A stretch of DNA of 64,000 nt. Source: Ylistrum balloti (Eukaryota). Under the pieces are notes generated by a model. The model was not told the origin of the DNA. It was given only the letters and a program-made list of their open reading frames with translations, and searched no databases. Shown in pieces: positions 51,451 to 64,000 of the stretch. The translations under genes and the position numbers were made by a program. The stretch lies in the NCBI RefSeq assembly GCF_031769215.1, contig NW_026782148.1, positions 186,001 to 250,000 of the forward strand. The letters are read 5' to 3'. Positions within the stretch are counted from its first letter, which is position 1; each line of letters starts with the position of its first letter.

Positions 51451-53503
51451 TAACAAAATAGGGTTAGATATACTGTTACAAAATGTGGTTTCAATGCTAG
51501 TGTAACCCAGATACATCAGTCAGTAATCTTTGACTGTGTAACACAGCTAGATTTTCATATGGGATTGGTTGAAATAAGTTAGTTTAAACAATAGTTCATT
51601 TAATGTTCAATAGTATATCAATATAACACATATAGGTAGTTCACAGGGGCGTGGATAATTACTTGCATATGTCACAGGGCAAAGAAAAACAAACAGTTGT
51701 TCTTCTCCTTGTATTTATTTATTTATACATAACCGGCGGACTCACACGAAGAAAACCCTAAAAAACAACGGCCTTATAAGAATACCTAGTATATGCGTAT
51801 TCTGTATGACAATGGACCGATATGGAATGATTAAACAATTATGATTTCAAATTAATAATTATTAATTGATTATTAATAATAATTATTAATCAGATGTATA
51901 ATATAACATTTAATTACCTTCCAAGACCTGTACATGGTCTGATAAAATGTATTAAAGTCCAGTTGTCTTGTCAATATGGTACCAAGTGGACTCCAGAGGA
52001 TACGTCCCCACCCTGGTCTACGGCCAACTGCAACAATGTGCGGTTGTAAAATGGTTTTATTTCTTAACTTTCACACTCACATGCTTTCCCAACAACTTAC
52101 ACCCTAATTAACATATAACTAAATAACAACACCAAATATGGAAAAGACAGGATGTACACAGGAGGTACACAGGACGTGCACACAGGACCATCGTGGCACA
52201 GGCACAACATGTGAATACACTAAAAATGGAAACTAGCATTTTGGTGTTCCACTACAGATAATGAATATATATGTACCTGTCACACATATATACACTTAGG
52301 TTGGTGTTGTCTAGGCCCCGAGAATCTTATCAGTGGGTGTACAGCTTCGGCCAGATAATTAATTAGAGATTATCCCCACTTCCTTGATAATCAAACTTAT
52401 GCAATTTCCTGTTCGGACAGTGGCCACCTAGTAGTAGAGTATTTATTAGGGTCTATTTTAAGTAACAAATTAGCAGGGAGAATCTCTAGGTAAGAACACA
52501 CAGCCTTGGGAGAGCCCACCAGATGGACAGTTCTGATACAAGACACAACGTGAAGTACTAGTATGAGTATATGAACTCTGAATGTTGATGAAATGTTGCT
52601 TTTGTACATGTAACATTATTATTATTCAACATGTAATAAACATGGCTATTACCAACAAATATGTGTGTTTATGACGTCTACTGTGTTACAGTAGTGTCCT
52701 TGATGTTAAATTTAGGGAAAGTAATAAACCAGAAAAGTCCAGATGATATTTAACTAAACAAACTTAATGCACACATATGAAAACAATACAAAACATGACC
52801 ATTGATTGAAAATTCAAAATTTCACTAATTGCTGAATATTTCAATCATAATAGAAAAATTTGCTTTGATAATACATGTGATGAAAGTCATGAAAATTTAA
52901 AAGGTTTTTCATTAACATTAAATGAGGGGTCAAATACAACGCTAAACCACATCAAGGACTTCTAAGAAATTCAGTACAGCAATTCAGAGAAAGGCTCAGA
53001 CAAGTTTTGATAAAAAACGGACATTACGGTTTGGCAAGTTCAGCTTTGTTCTTCAGATGAGGTAAGATAATTACAGGTAAACACTTGCACATTATTGCTT
53101 TAAAACCTGTCAAGATATAACTTTTTTTGAGTTATGTGATAGAAAGTATCTTAAATTTTAGTTCATTTCATGTGAGCTTTTGTGAAATTTGTTCTGAATT
53201 TTTGCTTTCCAAGGCTTAAAAATATAAAAACTTCTAGAGTTGTTTCATAAAATCCTGTAAGAAATGACATTTTATTTAATTTCCTTTGTACTGTTTTTGC
53301 AACAAAATACCAGTGTATAAGGAGTGGGGTGTTGTGGCTTGTACATAGTGTTGAATACGGCCTCTGTTGCTCAGCTGACAGAACATGCTTCCTAGGCTCA
53401 GCTGGCAGAGCCGATGATCACACTGGAGACCAGGTTCAATTCCTGGATGAAGCAATCCAAAGGAATTTGCACTTTCCCTGTTCTTTCTGTCTAAAAGTTC
53501 TCT

Positions 53504-54220
53504 TTATTTTAAGTATCGAGATAAATCATTCAAATTTGATACTACATAATGTTTATCAACTTCCTGTGGTACATTGTTCAGGTCTTTGCTAAACAGCACT
53601 CCTGTCAAGCCTGCCTCCCTTGCTCCACAGTAGTCATTAAGGAAATGATCCCCAACATGAAGTGAATTACAAGCTGGACAGTCTCCAAGTCTGAGAGCTT
53701 CCTGGAAGATTCTCACATCTGGTTTTGCAATCTTGAATTCTTTTGATGATACCACAAAATCAAAGTGATGCCTTATAGCCATTTTGCTCAGAATTTGCTC
53801 CAAACGTTCATCAAAATTTGAAACGACTCCCAATTTGACACCAGAGTTTCTTAAATTCAGTAATGTTTCCTCAGCACCTGGAAGAATCTCCCATCCATTT
53901 GACGTTCCAAAATGTACATATAAATGTGTAAAAATTGTTAAAATTGTGCTGTCATTTCCTTTATAACCAGCATCAATAAAAGTTTTTTGAACAAGATCAT
54001 GCCACCAATGGTGGGAGACCATATTCTCCTCTGCTCCAAAATTTGGATATTGTTCATTTTGTTTCACCCAATGTGTCTTAAAGGCTTGATTGATTTTGAC
54101 TGGGTCCATTTCTACACCATATAGCTTAGAGATCTGAGCATACTGTTGACCAACTCCTCCAAGTATCTTAAGGATGGTGTTAGTCACATCAAACGTAATC
54201 ATCTTTACTGCGTTCGCCAT
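53504..54220 (-). CDS. HDHD3: HAD-like hydrolase HDHD3 / Reg-2-like, 238 aa, single coding exon
   Basis: ITFDVTNTI (motif I), YPNFG..WW..LV..TF, VVSNFDERL, KPDVRIF and HVGDHFLNDYCGA; the ATG directly follows acceptor tatttttcag. Confidence 0.93.
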   Translation of the reverse strand: MANAVKMITFDVTNTILKILGGVGQQYAQISKLYGVEMDPVKINQAFKTHWVKQNEQYPNFGAEENMVSHHWWHDLVQKTFIDAGYKGNDSTILTIFTHLYVHFGTSNGWEILPGAEETLLNLRNSGVKLGVVSNFDERLEQILSKMAIRHHFDFVVSSKEFKIAKPDVRIFQEALRLGDCPACNSLHVGDHFLNDYCGAREAGLTGVLFSKDLNNVPQEVDKHYVVSNLNDLSRYLK

Positions 54221-54824
54221 CTGAAAAATACAATTATTTAAAAAATAATCATTTTTGGGTATACATATATTATGATACAAAGTAATTTTTACAATGTTCA
54301 GTTGTATTCCTACCAATAAGCCAAGAAGGTGACACATGACCTCTCTTATAAGTCAGTAGGTGGGAGCTAGTACTGTTACAGACATGAATGAATACACTGC
54401 TATATTCTGTATGATGAATAGGAGCTGACATTAACCCTACAAATTATAGGTAAGTGTTTTTGAAATTAATTGAATAATCCGATAGTATTGCCCTTCTACA
54501 ACTTTATAGAAGAATATGAGACATTTGTGTAGTCTTGTTTGGAGTGTTGGAGGTTTTATTCTTTTCAATTAATTTTGTCAAGCTTCCATCCTCTCTTTCT
54601 TTGTAGCCATTGTACTCTTGCACCTCGTCATGGAATAGGACGTGTAGTGTTTAGGAGTTGGTTAAGATATTCGCCATACAGATTGTAATGCACATAACAA
54701 ATTTGTGTAGCAATAATCATTCTATAGAGAAACAAACCCTTATTCTTACCAAGGGGGATAACTGCTACGTGTCTACACTTAATGAGAAATGCAACGAGCA
54801 CATTCCATAAACTTCAACTAGGTA

Positions 54825-55025
54825 GATGCAAACGGAAGCGATGACGCGCCGCTAAGAGGACAGTTACGTGAATGGTGAAAAAAATTCTGAATTCTGAGAA
54901 TAATCACAACATCTTCATTAATTTGCAACAGAAATAAATTATCAAATAGCAGACGGATCACTTTTCACCTTCGGTTGTCAAGTCGGTGCTTGTCTGCCGG
55001 AAGTGAGAACGCGGATATCGAACTA
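54825..55025 (-). promoter_or_regulatory. CpG-rich promoter and untranslated first exon of HDHD3
   Basis: Local CpG cluster; ETS motif CCGGAAGTG at 54997-55005; minus-strand donor AAG|gtgaaa at 54968. Confidence 0.55.
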
Positions 55026-58000
55026 CTGTCATTTAAGTGGTATATTCATATAACAAATTAAAAAGTAAAAATGTAAAACTTTAAAAGAAGAAACATTTAA
55101 CATCACAATTATTGTCCAATTGATTTATCTCCTCAGCGTTTTATTCGAATAATTTTAAACATAAAGCTTTTAGGAATGATCTTCGAAAACTCCGCAGTAA
55201 CTGGCATGGCGCGTAATCAATGACAACACTGGAGGAGTACGTTCGTTCGAGAGATGTTATAAGTGAATTGTAACATGGAACAAGGTGGTGAGTGTCAAAT
55301 GAATATCGCATTGCATAGAAATAAGTAAATTGTATGATGCCAGACAAATATACCCCTCGTTTAACCAGCAGAATGTTTGGAATTTTGCGTTAGAACATAA
55401 CAAGGCAAGTAGTGACACCTCTCTGTCACTGCGCTTACATGTGACATTATCCGCACTCGTTCAATGGAGTTAAAATTCTTGGTCTGGATAAGATAAGGGT
55501 CCCTAAATGGTTTCATTATTTCGATTGACAAGTGCAATTATTTACATGAGGATAATAGTTTTAAATGACGAACTGAAAAATCGTTACTATCACGTTGTCG
55601 ATATCTTGTGCAGGTTTTAATTTAAAATAAAATGTTTTATTTAAATAGATATTATTCTATACAGTGTGTCTAGTATACAATAGCCATTGTCAGTAATCAA
55701 CTAACTATTCCAGTTTATAAGCATTTATATGTTTTGTAAAATGTCAAGTTTTAATTTTTTTTGTAAATTCTTTCGAGTAGCAACAACAGTACTTATGAAT
55801 AAAATAGTATGATTGAGTTGTCGGATGAGTACACAAACGAATTGGTTTCTTTTGCTTTCTTTACAATGTATTGAAACAGAGAATGCTTTGTTAAAGTTAT
55901 TTTAAGTTAGTTTAATTGATGTATATAAAACCATTGTTCTTCTATAGAGCTCTATTAAAAAACATGTTACTTAAAGGAAGTACTTGGTGTTGCATTGAAT
56001 AGTTCAATCTTCATTACATGGTACATGGACTTTGGAATGAGATACAGCATATATATCATCATGGTGTATATGGTTATGCCCCACCATTCTGCATGCTACA
56101 TGCTAATAATAACAAAAATCAATATGAAATGTAACATATTTTAATTATTCATTACTACATGCTTTTGACAATGCAGCATACTGGTGTAAAAGTATCTAAC
56201 TTAAACCAAGGGTTAAATGAATCTTATGAAACTAATATTGAATATTTCCATTCCATTTTATCCATCCTGATGTTTTAAATTTTCACCTGAGATAATACCA
56301 TACATATACTGAAAATTTATTTAATAAAAATAACAGGATATGGTTCTAGTTAACAAAAGAATTTTAATTGTGCAAAATATTTACAAACACTTATCTCTGG
56401 AACAGGTAAATCAATAATATTAGTTCAATATACATAGAGGGATAGGGTACCTCACAGTACATACACACTGTTCTTTCTCTGGCTACCTTTGACCCATTGT
56501 GTGATGGAAATTGAGGGAAATACCAGGAACAAAGTGTGGATTAATTATTTTTGTACTGTATGGTGTTAAATGTTAACCTAGTCATGGTGTTGAGTGACTG
56601 GGCATCCGTACTTGGCTTCAAGTTTGATTTTATAATCTATGTCTTTGCATGTCATTGCATCAAATTAACATGTATGTGTTGATCCAATGGAATCTAGTTG
56701 CTTTAATAAATTCAGCTTTCAGAAAGTCCTGATGTTGTTGACTAAAATGGATTTGTCATGCATAATAATTGAAAATTACAGACCTCAATTTGTTACTATT
56801 TCGCAAAATATTTATGAGGAAGAAAATATCATCTGTCTGTTAAGGGGTTTTCGAACACACCTAAAACTGAATAAATTCTAACATTTGATGTATAGGATAC
56901 TACATACAATTTATCTCATTAAGGAGGTTAAAGGTCTTAATAGTAAAATAAAATAAATTTCTGATTTAAATACAATTGAACTAGCTTTTTGAAGTAGAAT
57001 TATGCTAACTTAATATTTTCAATAACTTTAGATTTTCCAGTAAGATCTCTCAGTGGTAGTAATAAACTTTAGAAAAATTGTGATAATACTAACCAAATCA
57101 CATTTCATATTGTAAGCTTTTAATGTATTAGTGAAAATTAAAATGAATGTTGTAAGATTTTAAATTATTGTCTTGGTCCTGTTTTGGCCAATAATAATTT
57201 ATATAAATTTCATGTTTTCCTGACCTAAATATTTTTCTTTTGGTCAGCAAATAATTTGCCATACTACATATTATATACATTAAATGTATACACCTCTGTT
57301 TGAGAATTGTAGCATTAAGATTACACGAGAGCAATAATGCATACATTTTTTTATGTGTTTTAAGTAGTCCTGATCTGATAATTAGTGATTAACTCTGAAT
57401 AATTTGCTGTTGGTTTTACACTGCTCAGGGTGTTAATTTGTATTGAGATACATTTTGTTAAACGATGTTTGTTAAACTTGTCAGATAATTTTTTGTTTAT
57501 GTCAATAAATTATTTATATTGATCATTAGATTGGTATAGATCATTTAGAATCTGTTTATAGCATTAATTGAATGACTACAAAAGAATGTGTATATACACC
57601 TTGAGATTACATGTTTTGGGACTGCCTTACATTCCTGTAAATAGAATGCCATGAACCATATCACATAATTGAAGTTACCATCTTTTGGAGTACCTAGATA
57701 TGTCATACTGTGTGTACACTGTTTGTTTAAAGAGTTCTGCATATATTTGTTCATTCTGATATATAGGTAGTTGACTTGACTTAGGCTAAACTAAAGAAAT
57801 GTTGTGTTTATGTTTCATCTCTCAAATTTTGATGAAATACATATACAGATATTATTCCTGTTATATGAATCAAGATTTCAATATTATAAAAACAACCCAA
57901 CCAGCCAAACAACAGCAAAGGTACATGTAATATTAAAAAGTAGGATATCGAAAGCAAAGATATTTTGTACTGTAGGTATTTAAAGTACATCTGTTTTATA

Positions 58001-61000
58001 TTTATTATGCGCCAGCAGGTAAATTTTGCAAAAAAATGCTCACTGAACTAACTACTATTTCCACTAGACCAGGCATAAAATCTGTACACTCTTGGTGTTG
58101 GGCTGCTGAATTGAACCTGTTATATTGGTGATGTTGTGAAAGAAAATGTTACTAAAATGAGTTAAACTTGTGAGTTTAACTTAGTAGGCTCTCTGAATAC
58201 ATTTTGTATCATCAACTGAAAATCAAATTTTTCTGAAATTCTGGAGGTGATCTTTGTTTACAATAGATTTTTTTACCAAAACAGTCAAGTATAGCAGTGC
58301 ACAAGGTCTGCAATTTCTGGAATAGATTTGGAAAGAAACGAGGAGCAGAAATTTCAATTTGTACACAATTAACTGTCACAGATGTTTTGTAAGCTTCGCA
58401 TGTATTTTCATTAATTGCAGAGTAACCATATGTCAGAAATTTTGACATCGGCTTAATGGATTCATGGTTCCAAAGTATCTCTCTAGAATAAAATCTATTA
58501 TCTTTTATCAAAAATAAAATTTTCTATGAAAGATAGTGAGTTCATATTTGAAAGTTTGCGTGTTCATTGATTATTTCTTTTTAATTCTATTCAAATAATT
58601 TTGTAAGACCAGAAAATTTGATATGATTATACTCATAATAAGGTATTACAAAATGTACCTGAATTTAAAAAATGCCATTAGGATTTTAATCAGCTAGATA
58701 TGTGAAAAGTTTACCAGTCCATTTAATTTTTGCTATTATGTAGTAAATATTTCATTATCAATAAAATCTGTACATCCTCATTGTGACAGGCAGAGGCCAG
58801 TAAAATATTGATTTAAATTACTCCTAATTATGTAAATTACATGTCTTTAAAGCCGTTTTTTTTTACATCACATATTCAACAGTAGTCCATCATAGCTAAA
58901 AATAACACCATTGGAATTTGTCCTGTTTAGTCTTTTCTATTAGAATTTCTCATGAATGTTGTCAGCTCTGTAATTGAGAATTTTGGATTGGTTTGTTATC
59001 AAAGTGTGATAATTATGTTATTATAAGAATCTTTTAGACATCAGATTATAAAGTCTACTATATGTTATGGAAGGGTATGGAGTAGAAAGAGTTTTATGAA
59101 CAGTTAGTACATACAAGCAATGTAACATTAATTATTCTAATCTATTTATTTAGGACCACACTAAGGCTTCCTTTCCAGTTGTGTATTATTATTTTTTCCA
59201 ATGCAGTCTACAAAATTCCCAAAATCTTGATATTTGTTTTTAAGTAAAATCATGAATTACAGTGATTTGATAATTTTTGCAGCACAAAAATTTCCAATAG
59301 ATTGACATATTTTTTTTATTTATTCTGTTTATCTTAAAATACCTCACCTGGTATTTTTCAAAGTGTTCATAGTTAATGGAAAAATATTGAACTGTTCTGG
59401 CAAACTATGAGCAGCACAGGCCACACAAGATTTGATGTAATACAGGTTGTATAGATTCAGTACTTCAGTTGTTTTCTGTGTGGCTCTGAAGTAAACTTAT
59501 AGGTGAGGTTATTTATGTAAAATTTCAGCCCTGAACTCCAAAGTTTTCTTTCTGGAACTAATTCTTTAGTGATAGTGATTGTGTAATGATTGGAAATATT
59601 CAGAGTATCATTTTAGAATCTTAACTAGTAGATAGATGCTGAGCTAGCTGGCCTGACTTGCTGTGATTTTATGTCTGTTTGACTGTTGACAATACAACAC
59701 CACTTAACACTGTTAAACTTTAAACCACCTCCTGCTGTAAAATTGGTGCTACATTTAAAAGCCTTGTCATCTTGTGTGAAGAAAAATTCTTCATATACCA
59801 AAAAGAAGAGAGAGGAAAACACAAATTTTTCACCTTCCTACTTTCAGAAAATGTGAGAACAGTGTAACAGAGGTTGATTCAAAGTTTAACATTTTCATGT
59901 GTTGCTAATATTGCACCTGCTTGGTCATTAATCCCAGATATAAAGACTAAAAAGGTTACCTGAACATATATTTACCACTGAATTGGACTTTTATGATATT
60001 TATCCATAAAATATAACCTACAAATTAACATAATGTACATGTATATGTCTTTTCAAGATATTTTAACTGCCATTTAGACAGTTCTTTCTACGGTCCTGAG
60101 TGTTTATGAAAATCGTCTCTGGTTTAAAAGTTTAAAAGTAATCAAATTATTACGAATATAAAAATCAGATGTAGGAATACATACTTCTGAAATGTTGAAG
60201 ACAGGCTGTCAGTTTGCTGTAGTTTCAACAAGAATGTTTCTCTGAAGATGAATCATCTGTGTCACCTGCCAAGTTTTACGGTTTTTATTACATTGATATG
60301 ATCTGTATATTTGTTTATAGATTATGTCTTGTCAATCATGCAAACTGCTAACTGCACATGCTCTTAATGCAGGTTCCCTTTAAGGTTCCCTATTTGTCTT
60401 CCATGTTGTCGTAAGTGGTTCTTTTGCTGCAATATCTTAGACATATCTAAAGGTGCCCACTTTTGTATTGTATAAACAGATCAATAATTATGAACTTAAT
60501 TAGGAAACTGAGTTATTGCCTTACAGTCAAAGCGATTATTTTTTAATTAACATTTAACACAATTACATTACCTTTTGGTAATCTGTGTGCTATGGAAAAT
60601 TCTGTTGCAGACCTATTTACTCTGTTATGCAAAAAAAGCCCCCCCCCCCCCAAAAAACAAAAACAAGCACAATTTAATGCCATTTTCCTATTTTTTCAAT
60701 GATTTTAAAGCTTTTAGATATCTAATGATGCAGATTTGATTTTTTAAGAGTATACAAGATAAAAGACAAAAGACACACAAGTAAATAGCAACTTTAAATA
60801 CAAATTTAGAGTAAGATACAGTAGAACTAAATATGATTTAACTGCATCATACATCCATTTCATCTTTCTAGGACATGCCAGTGATGCTAAGGGCTGATAT
60901 TGTTGAAACCTAAGAGGGTACTTGGGAAGAATCAAACTGGTTGAAATAAATGTCGAAAACCAGGTAGAAACAGGCACTCACAAACTCCATATTTCAGTAA

Positions 61001-62375
61001 TTTTCATAATTTTCAATATTTTATTTCAAAAGAAGTGCATGTATACTGACACAAATTATTTGAACATCATATGTATGTTACAACATACCGAGTGGCCTAA
61101 AGGTCCATCAGCATTGTCTAAATATAGTTCTAAAAAAGAAACAGCATACAGAACAACAAAGGTACTTTTGAAGTTAAGATTTGAAAAAAGGGTATTTTTA
61201 TGTGAATGCTGACTGGCTTACATTGCTATAGAACTTAATGATTGGTTAACCTTACCAGGTGTCTATTTAGATGTATTTATACTACCAAAGTACCGACCAT
61301 AATTGTCATCTATTTACACTTGGTATAGACTTGATTGTTGTAAATTGTTACTTGTTATGTAGGTAACTGTAGGTAATGATAATTTGTAATGATGAATGTA
61401 TTACCAAAACAAAGACATACAATTTATAAAAGTTATCATCATGGTAGGAGGTATAATTTCACGGCAGCACAATTTCAGTGTAATGATTAAGCCTTTAAAA
61501 AATGTTCCCGCAGTTGAAATGAAAATAACAATTTATTTGTATAAATATTTAAAACTATTTGCTGTAGCTTTAATTCTTGATAAATATAAAGGTGTTATCA
61601 AGGTAGACCTTAGATAGTCAGGATGATAAATTATCTATTGATCTGATGTACACATGATAGAGTATGGTGTCGGCTTCTGGATGCTTTGCATACATGATGG
61701 TCCTCTCTGTACAAAGTCAAGTACACATTGACACACCAGGGATCTTAGGATGATAGATGACTGCCACATCTTAATATTCAAAACACCGTCATAAAAAAGG
61801 TTTTGACACCAATATTCAATACAGAAATATTTGAACAGGGGGTGATTGAGGATCAGAAGGTTTAGTTATAACCCAAATCATGTATGCTGTTGTGTGTCGT
61901 CTTATATTACATTATATAGCTTGAGACAAGCTTTATGGTTTACATACAGAGAAGAAGTGATAAATCTACAATGGAGCCGTGAGTCTTGTACTCAAAGAAT
62001 TTTGATGAGACCAATAGAATTTCTGGAAATACTTAAATTCCAAATTGTGGGGGCCATTGTTTAGCAGTAAAGTTAAATACTCTGGTAGACTTTCAAAATA
62101 ACACAGTCTGACATAAATAGTCAAAGTCTTTTAAGAACCCCTAATTTTTAAAATTTTTTTTTGCAAAGACTGTCAATATTCTTTCCATGACAGTGTTTTG
62201 TCTAACAGAACACCAAGAAGTTTGGCACAATCAACAGTTTCATTGACTTTTCCATCAAAGTTCAAACATAGATTTCTACATTTTGCAAGTTTTTGCACAG
62301 AACCAATCATCATACAGTAGGTTTAGTTGAGATTGAGACTGAATTTGTCATTCTCCATCCATTTGTATGTACATT

Positions 62376-62790
62376 CTAAGTCTTCGTACAATTTTTGTAC
62401 CAGTACCTCAACTGTTTTACCTTTAACATATTAACATATTGCGATGTATCATCTGCGAACATGGTAACAGAAAAGTTTTTCAAACACTTTGGATAATCGT
62501 TTATGTACAATATAAAGAACAGAGGCCCAAGAATTGAGCCCTGTGGAACAACAATATTAATAGGCTGGAACTCAGAGAGTACACCCTTATAGCTGACAGC
62601 TTGATATCTGTCAAATAGATATGACTGAAAAAAGTGTAAGGCTGATTGGGATACACCATGAGACTTAAGTTTGTGTAAAAGTACACTGTGATTCACTGTA
62701 TCAAATGACTTACATAGGTTAATGAAAAGAACACCAGTGAGATAACCTGGATCTAAATTTTTAACCCATTTGTCTTAAGACATACATTTA
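62376..62790 (-). mobile_element. Non-LTR retrotransposon (CR1/L2-like) reverse-transcriptase fragment
   Basis: DKWVKNLDPG..GVLFINLCKSFDTVNH, VPQGSILGPLFFILYIND and FADD; truncated on both sides. Confidence 0.92.
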
Positions 62791-62929
62791 AACATCAATA
62801 CCAGCTTCATTACACAGATGGCACTTGAAACAACTTCCTGTTTCCCTCAGTCTTCATGATGGTAAAGCTTTCAGACAAATAGTAATTGTAATTTTACAGA
62901 GTAAACATGATTTCTTATTTGTTTTTGGA

Positions 62930-64000
62930 GGGTGTACACATGGTGTCCAGTTAAGTCTGAGATATTTGTTATGGAGGGACATTACACCTTGTATCCTGTA
63001 AGGCCTGGAATATTTGTTTTGGGAGGGAGAACACCTTGTATCCTGTTAGGTCTAGAATATTTGTTTTGGGAGGGAGAACACCTTGTATCCTGTTAGGTCT
63101 AGAATATTTGTGTTGGGAGGGAGAACACCTTGTATCCTGTTAGGTCTAGAATATTTGTTTTGGGAGGGAGAAAAACCTTGTATCCTGTTAGGTCTGGAAT
63201 ATTTATTTGGGAGGGAGAACACCTTGTATCCTGTTAGGTCTAGAATATTTGTTTTGGGAGGGAGTACACCTTGTATCCTGTTAGGTCTGGATTATTTGTT
63301 TTGGGAGGGAGAAAAACCTTGTATCCTGTTAGGTCTGGAATATTTGTTTTGGGAGGGAGTACACCTTGTATCCTGTTAGGTCTGGAATATTTGTTTTACA
63401 CCTTGTATCCTGTTAGGTCTGGAATATTTGTTTTGGGAGGGAGAACACCTTGTATCCTGTTAGGTCTGGAATATTTGTTTTGGGAGGGAGAACACCTTGT
63501 ATCCTGTTAGGTCTAGAATATTTGTTTTGGGAGGGAGTACACCTTGTATCCTGTTAGGTCTGGAATATTTGTTTTGGGAGGGAGTACACCTTGTATCCTG
63601 TTAGGTCTAGAATATTTGTTTTGGGAGGGAGTACACCTTGTATCCTGTTAGGTCTGGAATATTTGTTTTGGGAGGGAGTACACCTTGTATCCTGTTAGGT
63701 CTGGAATATTTGTTTTGGGAGGGAGAACACCTTGTATCTTGTAAGGCCTGGAATATTTGTTTCGGGAGGGAGAACACCTTGTATCCTGTAAGGTCTGGAA
63801 TATTTGTTTTGGGAGGGAGAACACCTTGTATCCTGTTAGGTATGCGATATTTGTTTTGGGAGGGAGTACACCTTGTATCCTGTTAGGTCTGGAATATTTG
63901 TTTTGGGAGGGAGAACACCTTGTATCCTGTAAGGTCTGGAATATTTGTTTTGGGAGGGAGAACACCTTGTATCCTGTAAGGTCTGGAATATTTGTTTTGG
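62930..64000. repeat. 47-bp minisatellite, about 22 copies, running off the window end
   Basis: Unit acaccttgtatcctgttaggtctggaatatttgttttgggagggaga (period 47 between 63031 and 63078). Confidence 0.97.

Noticed and set aside
53329-53966. Plus-strand ORFs over HDHD3
   Set aside because: Antisense shadows of the real CDS.
54160-54200. HDHD3 motif I reads DVT rather than DxD
   Set aside because: From memory, the same FDVTNT occurs in insect Reg-2, so it appears to be a family trait rather than a novelty.
54221-54337. N-terminal extension of the HDHD3 ORF shown in the track
   Set aside because: It lies upstream of a clear acceptor; homology starts at the Met at 54220.
55650-62300. Possible additional gene, for example ORF 59625-59822 or the exon-like segment 60862-60963
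   Set aside because: The exon-like segment has stops in all three frames, and the ORF has no recognisable motif or partner exons. It may be an intron or UTR of a gene outside the window.
63083-63965. ORFs in the terminal array
   Set aside because: Translations of a 47-bp minisatellite.

Overview
AT-rich eukaryotic (animal) genomic DNA with spliceosomal introns. The repeat families suggest a mollusc, probably a bivalve (inference). I reconstructed four genes by hand from splice sites and phases. (1) Protein kinase N (PKN2-like, + strand): 19 visible exons, 6171-21069; the HR1a/start exons lie upstream of the window. (2) A WASP-interacting-protein (WIP/verprolin) family gene (- strand, 28061-33792, with a possible first exon at 34822-34855). 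(3) TRUB2 mitochondrial pseudouridine synthase (+ strand, 8 exons, 41582-49482). (4) HDHD3/Reg-2 HAD hydrolase (- strand, 53504-54220). The window also holds several minisatellites, Helentron-associated (HINE-like) elements, a tRNA-derived SINE remnant and a LINE reverse-transcriptase fragment. There is no CRISPR array, rRNA or intact tRNA. Best leads: a candidate nested antisense gene or pseudogene in the WIP intron (signal-peptide-like exon spliced in phase to about 70 copies of a 14-aa amphipathic repeat); an open, hydrophobic, double-UGA-C extension after the PKN stop codon; loss of the catalytic Asp in TRUB2; a WIP protein with no visible WH2 domain; and a tandemly duplicated PKN splice donor.
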